64,000 nt of DNA from Octopus sinensis (Eukaryota). The DNA is taken from assembly GCF_006345805.1 (NCBI RefSeq), contig NC_042998.1:59024001-59088000 (forward strand), given 5' to 3'. Below the pieces are notes generated by a model, which was not told the DNA's origin, did not search any database, and saw only the letters and a program-made list of their open reading frames with translations. A program made the translations under genes and the position numbers. Shown here in pieces: positions 39,481 to 52,749 of the stretch. The number at the start of each line of letters is the position of its first letter. Positions within the stretch are counted from its first letter, which is position 1.

Positions 39481-40087
39481 GACAGATATGATGTGAATAC
39501 TTACCTTGTTCTGATTGCATAATTTATATTTGATTTTAGCCTCTTGCTGCATTTAGTTTGGGATACATTTTGGTATTGTTGATTCAATGCAACTAATACT
39601 AGACCTTCTAGATCTGCCCCGAGCCAAGTGCTTTTGAGTTTGATGGCTTTCGCATTGGTCTACTCTCTCATGCAAGCTATTAACCATAAGGAGAAGAATA
39701 TGTTTTCAACAAGGTAAGAACAATTATAAGAGAAACATGTTTGAAAATAATTATAGGGTAAAAATTATTGAAAAGTTTTTGCCCAAGCCTTCTTCCCATA
39801 GGATCAAATAATCTAAATATAGTTTTCAGTTTTTGTAGATTATCAAAAATTCAATTAACAAAAATTGGATAATAAATGATTTCAGCAAAAAATTATCATA
39901 TGTAAGTTTAACAATCATTCTATCTCCCAAATGACTTAAAATTAACAGAGATAGCGACTGTTCCGTCTTGTGAAACCCAAAGACTGAATGACTTTTGGAT
40001 ATAACTATATTTGGAACATGTGCGGGGCTATATATTGCAACACTTAGATATGTTAAATCACATTACATTTACAACGAGTGAAGAAAC

Positions 40088-40745
40088 CTAATAGTTTCAT
40101 TTGATGTGTTTAGCCTGCGTACAAATATACCATTTTGGTTTAATAAATTGAATAACAATGGGAACTGTGGCAGGCCCCAAAAATCTAGGTAAAAATGTGA
40201 AATGTTTTTTAGAATTATTTGATGGAAAATAGAAATTGATATTTAGATGATTGTTTAATCGCATAGAAACAAGGCTTAGTTAAACTTTTTTTTTTACTTT
40301 AAGACTCATAAATATTATTAACATAGCATACTATGAAACATAGCAAAGATACATAACCATTCCAAGACATATTGGTTACAAAAGAAACTGAATAGAATCG
40401 AGAAAGCTGTATTTTAAACCAAAGACTCGAGGCATTATTTTTTTTTTATGATATGTCATCCGAAACACGCGAGAATCAATATTCCATTCAATCAGATTAA
40501 AAGAAGATATACTTTTGTATCAAATCCAAACACCCGAAAGAGAATACTAAAAGAAGTAAAAGATATTTTGATTGAAAAACGTTATCTACCATCATTAATT
40601 GATAACGAAATATACAGAAAAGAGCCAACTGATATCAGTGATTTAAGGCCTGTAAACAGCAAAATAGAAACGCCTGAACGAATAATCCCATGAATGTTGA
40701 AGCCTTTAATATGATTAATCAAAATTTGCCATTTCTGAAATGCGA
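40088..40745 (+). pseudogene. Decayed Penelope-like RT fragment
   Basis: IVSFDVFSLRTNIP, YLDDCLI, PFQDILV, CHPKHARINIPFNQIKR; related to 21835-22990. Confidence 0.75.
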
Positions 40746-40759
40746 CAGAAAACTGAAAT

Positions 40760-41095
40760 GAAGGCGTAACTATGTGATAAGAAGCTTGTTTTCCAACCAC
40801 ATGGTTCTAAGTTCAGTTCCACTGCATGACACCTTAGCGAAGTGTCTTCTACTGTTGCCTCGGGCGGACCAAAGTCTTGTGAGTGGATTTTGTCGGTGGA
40901 GTCAAAAAGATGTCCGTCACAAATATTGACATCTATGTGTACGTGTCTTTGTGTCTTTGTGTGTTCTCCACCACCGCTTGACAACCGGTGTAGGTGCATT
41001 TATGTCCCCGTAACTTAGCGGTTTGGAAAAAAGAACAGACCGATAGAGTAAGTACCAAACTTAGAAATATAACAACTGAGGTTGATTCTTACACT
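40760..41095 (+). mobile_element. SINE family 1, decayed
   Basis: Similarity across both halves. Confidence 0.7.
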
Positions 41096-41779
41096 AGAAT
41101 TTGGCATTCGTCGTGTGTGAAAATAAAATAGAATACGGGTGGACAGTCAATTTTTAATCACAACGAATATTTCCGCACAACATAATTCTTCATATATGCA
41201 TGTATTTGAATATGCAGCCGTTTACCTCTATAATGGGATCCAGTTGCATCTCCTCAGGTGATATTCATTTGCTGTCTCCGTTAGTAAACAACCTCCGACT
41301 TCGATGCTGTCACATCAATCTGCTTTATTTGAATTTAGTAGACGCTGGCAGTTTTCATTTCGCTTGCTGTTAACATGCTTCTGCGTTCCTGCTATGAGTG
41401 ATATTGGGTGTATTGGATGTTTATTTTGGTATTAACCGATTTTGGATCTCTTCCTCATGTTATGATGCACATGTGAAATTTTATCATCCGATATATTCAT
41501 TTTTGGTCGGTGCATTTTTTGGTTTAGCTTTAGCGAAAAGTGTAGACTTAGTTTTTCCATCATTTGACCCTTCGTAGTACGCTGATTCAAAAATCGCGAC
41601 TTCGACCAGTTATCTGGCTTTTGACAGTGTTATTTAAAGTATATTCCGTAAAGAACGTAGCAGTAGAGACCACGTTTACCCTAAGAATTGCCGAATAGCT
41701 GGTCGTATTAGGATATACTTCCAAGTCTAGATTTTGACATTCGTCTTGTATGAAAATAAAACTGAATAAGTTTGAGTCA

Positions 41780-42090
41780 GCAGGAAGGAATACAGTTGGA
41801 CAGTTAATTTTTTAATCATGCCAAATGTTTCCACACAATATAGTTCTTGTTGTATACAAGTATTTGATTATGCAATCGTTTACGCGTAGAATGGGGATTC
41901 AGTTGTATTTCCTCAGGTGATATTCAATTGCTGTCTCCGTTAGTAAAACGCCTCTGAGGATATACAGCTGAATCTCATTATTCAGGTAAACGGTTGCATA
42001 ATTAAATACCTGTATATATGAAAAACTAAATTATGTAGAAATATTTGTCGTGATTTAAAAAATAACAGTCCAGCCGTATTCCTTCCTGTT
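41780..42090. repeat. Fold-back element with decayed hammerhead-like arms; partial third copy at 41095-41290
   Basis: CAGGAAGGAATAC.. / ..GTATTCCTTCCTG termini; CTGAGGA in each arm (41954 on +, about 41916 on -); GAAA degenerate. Confidence 0.6.
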
Positions 42091-42119
42091 GACTACAATT
42101 TATTTAAATGTGCATGTTT

Positions 42120-42124
42120 ATATG

Positions 42125-42190
<66 letters not shown>

Positions 42191-42277
42191 ATAATAATAA
42201 TAATAATGATAATAATAATAATAATGATAATAATAATGATAATAATAACAATAATAGTAATAATGATAATATTAATG

Positions 42278-42346
<69 letters not shown>

Positions 42347-42372
42347 GGAAGAAGAAGAAGAAGAAGAAGAAT
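42120..42372. repeat. (CTA)n(TAA)n(GAA)n microsatellite
   Basis: Directly visible. Confidence 0.95.
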
Positions 42373-42472
42373 GTCAGGGAGTATGACTCCAAACTTACAA
42401 GGAAAAATTAAATTTAGTATTAAATCAAATTTCCCAATATATATATATAATATATATATAAATTAAAGAAAA

Positions 42473-42679
42473 ACCACTATTATGCAATTCAAAAAATGAT
42501 AGACATAAACCAAATCATATAGAAAAAAATAAAATATATTATGAAACATATAACTAGATTACAAAAAGTACAAAAAATGAATAAACTTTTTGTTATCTAG
42601 TTATATGTTTTATAATATATGTATTTTTTCTTTATGATTCTGTTTATGTCTATCATTCTTTGAATTGCATAAGAGTGGT
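42473..42679. repeat. About 85-bp-arm palindrome
   Basis: ACCACTATTATGCAATTCAAA..TAACTAGA / TCTAGTTATATG..TTTGAATTGCATAAGAGTGGT. Confidence 0.8.
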
Positions 42680-43524
42680 ATGTGCAATCTGCCAATCTGC
42701 CAATCTGCACATGTAAGAGCGCTATAAGTAAATAGGTTCACAAACGAAATTTCCAGTTCCCCGCCACTTTGTTTTTTTTTTTGCATACTCTGTGCTCTTT
42801 GTTACTATCCCCTGCAAAGCTTTCTTATTCTGAATACAGGAACACATCATGGAGTTAAAAAGAATGCTAATATGTCGAACAACTTCGCACACACTTACAT
42901 GCATGCGCGCGTTTGCATACATACATACGTACATACATACATACATACATACATACATACATACATACATACATACATACATACGTACATACATACATAT
43001 ATACATACATACATGCATGCATGCATACATATATATACATACGTGTATATACATATAGGTATGTGTGTGTCTATAAATGTATATATATATTATATATATA
43101 TATATATATGAATTTTTGTCTGTATATATATATGTGAATGTGTGTCCGTTTGTTTGTATGTGTATGTGTGTGTTTATGTATGTGTATGTGTGAGTGTGTG
43201 TGTGTATAATGTGAATGAAGTTGCTCGACATATTACCTTTGTGTGTCTATCATTTTGCATGCATATATATTCATACGTAACTATATCAAAGTTACTTTGG
43301 CTAATAGCCAGTATATCGCATGTGTATTTGCTTTGGGAACCTTTGAAGCAAACTATAGTTGCTGATTCTCAATAATCCACTGTATCACTGATGGTGAGAG
43401 TGGCCTACCTCGTCTTCGTGTATATTCGTCAGCTAAATAAGTCGCAAACAGCTACACACATATACATAAATACATATATATAAATATATGCATCTATCTA
43501 TCTATCTACCTACCTAGAAGTAGA

Positions 43525-44030
43525 TGCCGGTTAGAGAACATAGTTATTGAAATTTAAATTTAACTTAATAAGGATGAAAAATTGAATATTAATTTGATTA
43601 ATATCAATTTAAAACCAGTGGTCTAGCATATTAAAATCTGAAGTTTCAGAAAAATTATTTTCTGCAGAATTATTTCCTGTATTTTAGCGCGCCAAAACGA
43701 AGACTTTTGAAAGATAACCCCAAGTGTAATTGGTAGAACTGTATACATGTTCAATCTCATGTGGACATCTCGTGTATAGTTCTACAAATTATATTTGCAA
43801 TGACGATCATACTGATGAGCTACGGACAATTACGTAAGTAATTTGCGTAAGTGTTAATAGCGAAATTAGTTTATGATGAATCTTTATTTTGTTTCTTTTC
43901 ATTTGTCTTGCTCGCTTACTTTCTGGCGTTTGCTAAATTTTCTTGAGAACATCCTTTCTTAGTGGTAAGACCATAGCGGATCTACTTCTAGCATAACGGA
44001 TGTCCACGTAATGGTCATCCCTTTTATATA
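43525..44030 (+). mobile_element. Hammerhead-bearing non-coding element, copy A
   Basis: Homologous in inverted orientation to 45630-46290; ends at (TA)n. Confidence 0.75.
43806..43877 (+). ncRNA. Type I hammerhead ribozyme motif
   Basis: ATCATA-CTGATGA-GCTA..TAGC-GAAA-TTAGTT-TATGAT; 6-bp helix I, helix II with internal hairpin. Confidence 0.8.
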
Positions 44031-45517
44031 TATGTAATATAATTTTTCACATGTTTGCATGCATGCATGTATGTACATACCGATGTATGTATAAATATAA
44101 ACACGTAGATGTATAAATGTCATTACATATGTGGGCCCGTATACTTTGAGTTATGTATACGCACTTAAGTATATACATGTATGTATATTCAAGTTTATAT
44201 ACACGTATTACATACTAAAAGTCTTAAATGTTTTCAATATTTCGTCTGTGTCTTTGTGATTTTGTGGAACCCAAAGTCTCAAGAGCAGTACGTAGGCACA
44301 TGCTGAAGGCCTCCAATTATTATAGAAAGTAATATAAACTATAGACAAGACGAATAACTTAAGAGCTCTCTCCGATTCGCCATAGAGTTCTCCTTTCGCC
44401 AAACTTGAAAAACTATGCTGACATCTACTAGATAAATGATTTCAACTACTGTGCATAATTTCTCTCCGTATCAGTTCCTTATCTCTAGTCTGTTACGTCT
44501 GCATACTACTGTAGAATTAGGCCATTTGATAAAAGTTTTGCTAGATGAAATTGTGAGTTCTTCGTTTTACAACCATGTAAAGACATATATTCAACCTCAA
44601 ATCCATCCTTATTACTTTGAGAAAGTTGTAACAAAGATGAAGCTTTCCTTGATAACTTCATATGCTTGGCAAATATTTATAGATTATCCACAAAGAAACA
44701 ATGTGCTTGGTTAGTGTTTCTGCCTTTAGTCAATCGCATATCCCTAAAATTTCTTTAACAAAAAGAACGAGAGGTTTGTTGAAAGTATATACAGCATCAC
44801 AGAAATACTCCCTTTGAAATATAACTATGCATTATTGTATCTTATCGTAGACAATAGAACCTATGTAAGTAAGCAAGTATGGAAGATCGGACAGACGGAC
44901 AGTGGATGCAGCTTGTACATTTTCAGTCACTCGACTCAATCATCACTCGTAAAGTTTTGGTCAAACCGAGGCTAAAGTACAGAACATTTCACATCAACCC
45001 GGCGGTTGCAATATGATCTCTTTAACCGCCCAACATTGCCTTCAAAAGCGTTTTTCTTTCTGTGAGACTAATATTTTGCTGATTCTTTTTCAATACTTTT
45101 CATAAAAGGTTTCGATTTGGTTAAAGGGCTCCAACCACAACAATTGATGTCTGCTAAGAAATCACAGAAAATCAATAAAGATAGCATCTATTGATTGATT
45201 ATTTCCACCATAGCACTTACCGAATGCTGAAATTAATCATCTAAACTGCACATAGTTCTAACAAATACTATCAATACATATTTCATTGTTAAATCTTCAT
45301 TGCAATGCATACGCAAAAATTACATATCTATCCTTCCATCCATCTGTAGGTATGTGTGTGTATATATCTACGCATGTATGTATATATTGATATTTGTTTT
45401 CAAGTGAAGTTATATATTAAAATAAACAATGTAACATTAAACTGAATGATCATTCAATACATTTTTATTAGCGTACATATTAAATGTTTCAAGAAAGACA
45501 ATGAATAGTGATGGATA

Positions 45518-45562
<45 letters not shown>

Positions 45563-45629
45563 TATACATACACATACACGCACACACACACATATATATA
45601 TATATACATATATGTATATGTATATATAT

Positions 45630-46290
45630 ATAAGAGGGATGACCACTAAGTGAATCTCCATATGCTAGAAATCGCCCCCTATGGTCTTACCACTAAGAAA
45701 GGAATGTTCTCAAGAAAATTTAGCAAACGCCAGAACGTAAGCGGGTCAAATGAAAAGATACAAATGATACAGATTAATCACAAACCAGTTTCGTTGCTAC
45801 CACTTACGTAATCACTTACGTAGATGTCTGCAACTCTTCAGTGTGATCGTCATAGCAAAATATAATATACAGAACTATACATGAGGCGTCCGCATGAGAT
45901 TGGACATGTATATAGTTCTACCATTTACATTTGAAGTTATATTTCAAAAGTCTTCGTGTTGACGCGCCAAAATACCGGAAATAATTCTGCAGAAAATAAT
46001 TCTCTGCAGTGAATTTTGCCGGTTAGAGAACATAGTTATTTAAATTTAAATTTGAAATAATAAAGGTAAAACATTAAAAATGAATTTGATGAATATCAAT
46101 TTAAAACCAGTGGTCTAGCATATAGAAATATCTAACTTCTAGCATATGGATCTTCACTTAGTGGTCATTCCTCTTATATATATTTAAAATAATTTTTCCG
46201 AATCTTCAGATTTTAATATGCTAGACCACTGGTTTTAAATTGATATTAATCAAATTAATATTCAATTTTTCACTCTTATTAGTCTATTTT
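45630..46290 (-). mobile_element. Hammerhead-bearing element, copy B, with inverted termini
   Basis: 45630-46000 is the reverse complement of 43660-44030; about 42-bp inverted ends 45630-45672 / 46135-46178; further inverted piece 46185-46290. Confidence 0.75.
45777..45847 (-). ncRNA. Type I hammerhead ribozyme motif
   Basis: Minus strand ATCACA-CTGAAGA-GTTGC..GCAAC-GAAA-CTGGTT-TGTGAT. Confidence 0.8.
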
Positions 46291-46294
46291 AAAT

Positions 46295-46390
<96 letters not shown>

Positions 46391-46946
46391 ATATATATAT
46401 ATATATATGCTTATATATATATATATATATATGTATATATGTGTGTGTTTGTATGTGTCTGTGCATATATATGGATATCTGTCTATATATATTGTACATG
46501 TATAGTACATCTATCTATGTGTGTGTCTGTAAAATATAATTTCATTGAGCCAAGGAAGAAGGCAAAGAAGGAACCAAATCTCCTTCATATAACACAACAT
46601 CTTCATAAAAATGGCAGAATATATTGGATAATATAGAACCAGATAAACTCAGAAAAGATATAAGATCGTCGCCGATAGTACGTTTCTTTAATATTAATTT
46701 GTTCGATTAGGACGGGACTGGAGCTGAAACAATAAATCAATAATGAGGTGTTTTCGTTCTCAATCGACTCGGTTCAATTAACAACTATATCAACCATCTT
46801 TAAAGAAGGGTAAGGCAGCATTATGTAATATTATCGCAATGTCCTTGAGCAAACATGATAGGTAAGTTTGTAATGCCTTTTCATTTTCAGTTGTATGGGG
46901 TCAATTTTTTGCGGGGGATAAACAAGTGCATAACAACGAGTAATAT

Positions 46947-47160
46947 AAGGCGGCAACCTTGCAGAATCTTTACGGACAAACTGTTTGGCGAGATTTCGTC
47001 CACTTTTACATTTTGAGTTCAAATTCCGCCAAGGTCGACTTTACCTTTTGTCTTTTCGGAGTCGATAAAATGCGTACAACTTGAGTACTAGGTTCGATGT
47101 AATCGACTTATCTCGTCTCCCGAATTTTCTGGCCTAGTGCCAATAATTTGAAGGCAATAT
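46947..47160 (+). mobile_element. SINE family 3, decayed
   Basis: AAGGCGGC..GAGTTCAAATTCCGCCAAGGTCGACTTT. Confidence 0.7.
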
Positions 47161-47369
47161 TTTGGACTAGTGTTGGTGTCTCTATTTGTTCAGCACACCT
47201 ACTAAAAGTAGAAGCCAAGTTTTCGCCAATTGACCTGACCCTGCTGAGTTAAAAATCGAAAGACGCATTGTGTGATGAAATCTAGAAAAAGTACAAGAAT
47301 GGAGGTCATAGCTATGAATTATTTGATGATAGGTCTTCTTTGAGGTCTGGCCTCGGATTAAACACCATA

Positions 47370-47473
47370 CCACCACTACTGTCAACAACAACGACAACAA
47401 CAACAACAAATACTACTACTACTGCTGCTGAAACTACTACTACTACTACTACTACTACTGCTGCTGCTGCTGT

Positions 47474-47504
<31 letters not shown>

Positions 47505-47505
47505 G

Positions 47506-47556
<51 letters not shown>

Positions 47557-47570
47557 ATGCTACTACAGCT
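47370..47570. repeat. (CAA)n/(CTA)n microsatellite
   Basis: Directly visible. Confidence 0.9.
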
Positions 47571-48059
47571 GCATGGTACTTTATACCTAACAAAGTTACT
47601 GATCTCCAAAATCATGGCAGTTAACCAGGAATTACATTATGCGATATTCTTGCCATTCCACAAAACGGAAACAAGTGCTGTTGTTGTATTTGCTGTTGTT
47701 GTGGTGGTGGTAGCAGTAACTGTTGTTTAGTTCTAAGTCGGCTCTGATCGATCAGACAAATCTTTGATCAAAACCGCTTCTCCTACAAATCATATTTTTT
47801 TAGCCAAAATTTCTCTAAGAAATGCATTATTGCAAACGTCCTGTCATTTTGTTTGTTTACATTTTAAAAGAAGGAACGGATTGGTGTGAGGTTGATTTGG
47901 CTATTATTTCTAACAGACAACTTTCCCTCCTTCCTTCACAGAAATATTGTTGAAGTAAGATGTCTATAAAATAGGAATATTCTTTTTTTTGTTACCAAAG
48001 CAAACTCAGCTTGTGGGAATCACATTTCTATGAAGCTTCTCGGACAGATCAATAAAGAT

Positions 48060-48270
48060 TTCTAATTGAGGCACAAGGCCAGGAGTTTTGGGAAGAGGAA
48101 CTTAATCGATGCAAACGACCTCAGTACTTGACAGGTCTTTTTACTTTATCGAGCGCTGAGTGATAAAATTGAAAGCTGACCTTAGTAGGATTTAAACTCA
48201 GAATATAAATAATCAGAACAAAATCTGCAAGACATTTTTCCGACGCGCTAACGACTCAGCTGATCCAATG
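48060..48270 (-). mobile_element. SINE family 3, decayed
   Basis: Similar to 29430-29895. Confidence 0.55.
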
Positions 48271-50047
48271 CTCTAAAACGGAGTGTCATCCCTCAGTTGC
48301 CGAAATCCGGGCTGAATAATATTTGAGATTTGAATTTATAGATGGGCTACAAGCTATTACTTCACAATATTCAACATCAAGAGCAACATAAAACTAATCA
48401 AACAGAAAATCCTAAATTGTTCTCTGATCAAATTTTGATCATTGTTTTCAGCTTATTTGTGTGTATATATGTGTGTGTGCGCGCGCGCGCGTTTGTAGCT
48501 TGTAATTATGTGTGTGTGTTTAAACGGTGTGTTCAAATATTGCATTGTTGTTCTTTTTACCAATATATATGGTTAGGGCGAAAGTCATCGGTTATGATCT
48601 ACACATTTATCAACATTCTTTCTTTCAAAATGAGTGAATTTTGCTGCAAAATGTTTCTATTTGATTCTATGTAAATACGATCACGTTCAACGAATTGTTT
48701 TAAAGGGACTTACACGCTGTCGTTGCATGGGTGTACATAATAAGCAAGATAGAAAAGAAAGGTGAAATTTAATCAATACAAATCATGTATTGGCAAACTT
48801 TGAATGTTCAAAATATCCATCAATGAAAATAAAGCTAAAACTCTTCCTTCGTTCGTTTTCAACTTGTTAGAATCCAACATCCTGGAGTGATAAAGAAAGC
48901 ATGCCTTTAAATGCGACGACGACGATAGTAACGATGGTGATAATGATGATGATCATGGTGGTGGTTGGTGGTGGTGGTGGTGGTGGGTGGTGGTGGTGGT
49001 GGTGGTGGTGGTGGTGGTAATGATGGTGGAATATTACATCAAGAGCTAGCCTGGAAATATAGGATGCAAAGAAAGAGTGCATTAAATATAGATAGGGACA
49101 AACGTGTTCCCTTCTGTAACAGAAAAATGAAATCATGAAAAGAAAATGGCTATCACAGCTGGAGCTGGAAGTGCTCTTCAAAGCTGAAGGATGAAACTCA
49201 TGGCTACATTAAAAAGACATTTGACCAAAAAATATCAGAAATACCAAGAAATTATCAAAAGAAAAGGAATAATTGTGAAGATGAAAACAAGTTTCACTTC
49301 ATGGGGGGGGGGGTGGAATATATCACAGGGAAGGAAAAAGATTATTTCAACGTTTAATGAGACACAAATTAGGGATAAAACGAAAGTGGGAAACATGTAA
49401 AGCGGAAGACAAGAGGTAAAGTATTAACGAAACTCAAAGCTGGGAATATACCAAGTTCACATCTTTTTGAGAAATCTGATGCTATTCACTTGTTTTGCGT
49501 GTGGGGAACATGCTACGTGAGTCTTTATCATCAAGGTTATAAAATAGATTTACAGCTAATCGTTGCTGTTTGAGACCAACGTAAAGTTGAGAGCTTCCAT
49601 GAAAGTAGACTTCTTTTCTTGAGTCTTGTACGTCTTTTGCTTGGGAGTTTCATTTATTTCATATTTCCATTTTACTCGATGTCTCCCCGGCCTGGACACT
49701 ATTCTTCAGTCTCAATTGTATCCTTATTTTCGCAATACGATAGGATAACACTACTGCGAGAAAGGCATGCTTGGTCCTCACTTCTTTATAGAGGTTTGGG
49801 ATCGAAAACGAGACGATTTCCTCGGTATTTGCTGTCGCCAACTGCGCTGATCATTTCGTTTTAACTTCTCTGGGCTGTTTTAGCAGGAACATCTTATATG
49901 CTTCTTACTTTAACATGAAGCGCAGTTTGGGTTTCTACGATATACTCGCTACGGAGAACAATTCCATAATCATTTTGTGATTTTCAGATGTAATTAGGGC
50001 GGACGCGGAAAACTTTATACATATAACACACCTACATATTGTATATA

Positions 50048-50295
50048 GTGGAGACGCATGGCTTAGCGGTTACGGCGTTCGACTTATGATCGTAATATTG
50101 TGGTTTTGATTCCAGGACCGAGCGATGTATTGCGTCCTTGAGCAAAAACACTTCATTTCACGTTGCTCCAGTCCACTCAGCAGACAAAAATGGGTAATCC
50201 TGCGACGGACAGGCATCATGTCCAGGTGGGAAATAATACACGCAATGGAAACCGGAAGCTGGCCCCTATAAGTTAGTATGACTGGAGAAAGAACT
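50048..50295 (+). mobile_element. tRNA-derived SINE family 2
   Basis: TGGCTTAGCGG A box, degenerate B box, CCTTGAGCAA segment, GAAACCGG..GGCCCCTAT tail. Confidence 0.7.
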
Positions 50296-52749
50296 TAATT
50301 AACTTAATATATTGTATATAGCTACGTAAACACTCGCCATATATTGCATTCTAAAAACAATTATCTATGGACTATTTCACCATGACTCACATTTTCGCCT
50401 CACATAGTGGGAAAATAGTTTTTAGTCAGCTTACTATATTGCTCCATCGTCAGCATATAGGTTTATATTACCTCACTTGTCTGATAGGGCAAATCTTGTT
50501 ATCTTGTATCAGCCAGACTTTTCTTCAGCTCATTTTTTCAAGGCATAAAGAAAATACCTGTAACTTTGAAAATGCACAAATAACGTCACTTACCGCGGCT
50601 CTTGCGCTTCTGCAAACAAACAGTTGATATTTCAACTACATAGCCCATATTTAAAATTCTTCTATTACTGGTACCTCCAGTAATACTAACTTTGTATATT
50701 TATTGCTGACTTTAAAAATTTCAGGATTATTTTCGTTTATAGAAAAATATTATGAATTCCATCATGGCGTTAGAATTTATCACAAATGTAATTGTCTAAA
50801 GAAGTGTCATTATTTTACCTGTTAAACTTTTTGAATTTTGCCTTAAATCTTTTGTACAATTCTTGATTTTTTGAGCATTCCACTTCATGTTTTCAAGACA
50901 TATTTTAAAGTAGTGTTACGTTAGCTTCTACTGCTCAGCGAATAGAGAGAAGTCCATTTTGATAATGATCATTGAAACCAAAATTTCGGGGAAAATACAT
51001 TAAAATGATGTTTAGATCTTAACTCTGACGGGATTATTATATACAATGTCTTGCAACCGAATTTAATTCACAAAAGTTTTGTCGATCACAGACTGTGGTA
51101 GGAAAAATTTACTGAAAGTACCGTATAATGGATTTGAACACAAAACCACGTCGTTGGAAAGCAAACTTCATAACCACACTATGAACGTTTATAACAATAA
51201 CAACAGTATCAGAACCATTTGCAAAGGTAACTTGCGAACAAACAAGTTAAATTATATTAAATTTATATTATTCGTTGTGCTAATGTTTTCCTACGAATCG
51301 CATGGCTATTTCTAAATTAAATCAATTGAAATTTACGTGTTGTTATCCCATTTTAATTATTTGAGCTGTGGTGTTGGCCTCCTTCGTGCCTTGAGCAAAT
51401 ATAAATAAACATTGATCTCATGTTTACTTGTCAATCGAGTCATATTAAGCGTTGACACTTACTTTTTTAATTCAATGACTTTTTTGTTACACACTGCCCG
51501 AAAATTCCATCTTCTGAAGCTGAAATCAAACCTAGCTCCTTGATAAAATACTAGTCAACTTTGTAGAATCGTTCTATCCTTTTCTCTTTATACTACACGA
51601 TTCCTACCGACCAAACTACCATATTTGATTCTAAATGTGTCTCTAGTTCTATTCTTTCTACAGCAAATCTGTTAGATTTCCTGTTTTGTATTTATTTGAC
51701 TCAGGTTACAACTGCCATTTGAAACAGATTCACAGTGACGAACGGTTAAACATAAACATATCTATAGCGTAAAAAAGATTAACTGGTTTCTTTATCAGGT
51801 GTTCGAGCGTTTATTATCATGAGAACAATATCCTAGAGCATAAAGAAATGAAAGCTGAATTATTTCTCACTTCTACTGATTACCTTAGCACAATCTCAAA
51901 CGTTTGTTATCTATTTACATCTAGATGTACTGAGCTATTCACAGTTAACTGCCGTGGATATTAACTCTGTCAGATACAACTATCACATAACTCAATTAAA
52001 TGTACATTTAGCGGCACCAACAAACTTAAAGAGTTATGTAACAAATAACCATGTTATAAATCGTGGAAGTAGAATTATAGATAGAATTAAATTGTGATCA
52101 GAACAGACCGTTATTCTAATTACGATCAATATACATATTTAGGAAATTATGAGCAGACGGAACGAACGATATTTAAGCAAATTTCAACAATTTTAACTAG
52201 ACAAGTGATTAGTCAAAAATGAATGTATACTTCAGTCATACAAATTGGTATCTTGAACTATGTAATCTCAACGGACATCAATGTCCTCAACTCTAGAGCA
52301 TAAACATTCATGAACCTAGCCGAACTGTTATCCTCGTAAGAACACCCTGTCATTAGATGCAGGAATATATGAGGGGAAAAAATAAGCAAGCCGCGAACGA
52401 AAACAGCAAAAGAAAACAAATGCATCATTAGTAAATAAAGTGTTTGCAAGAAACAAAACAGTAAAATATGTATCAGATATCTGAAGAAATAACAGAAAAA
52501 GAATTCTGAAATGATACTGAAATACAATATTGAAGAAAAATTACACACACTCACAAACACACACACACGCGCACACACAAATATATAATTAGATATATAA
52601 TCAGTTAGATGCCCATTAGTGAGAAAAAAGCCACTCCAAAAACAAAATGGCTGTTATATTATCAAACGGTCAATCAGTAATTTTCCTGCTTGTGGCATAT
52701 ATATCTGATCAAGGCATTACCGACAGTTTTGCGCCGACTATTGCACTTA

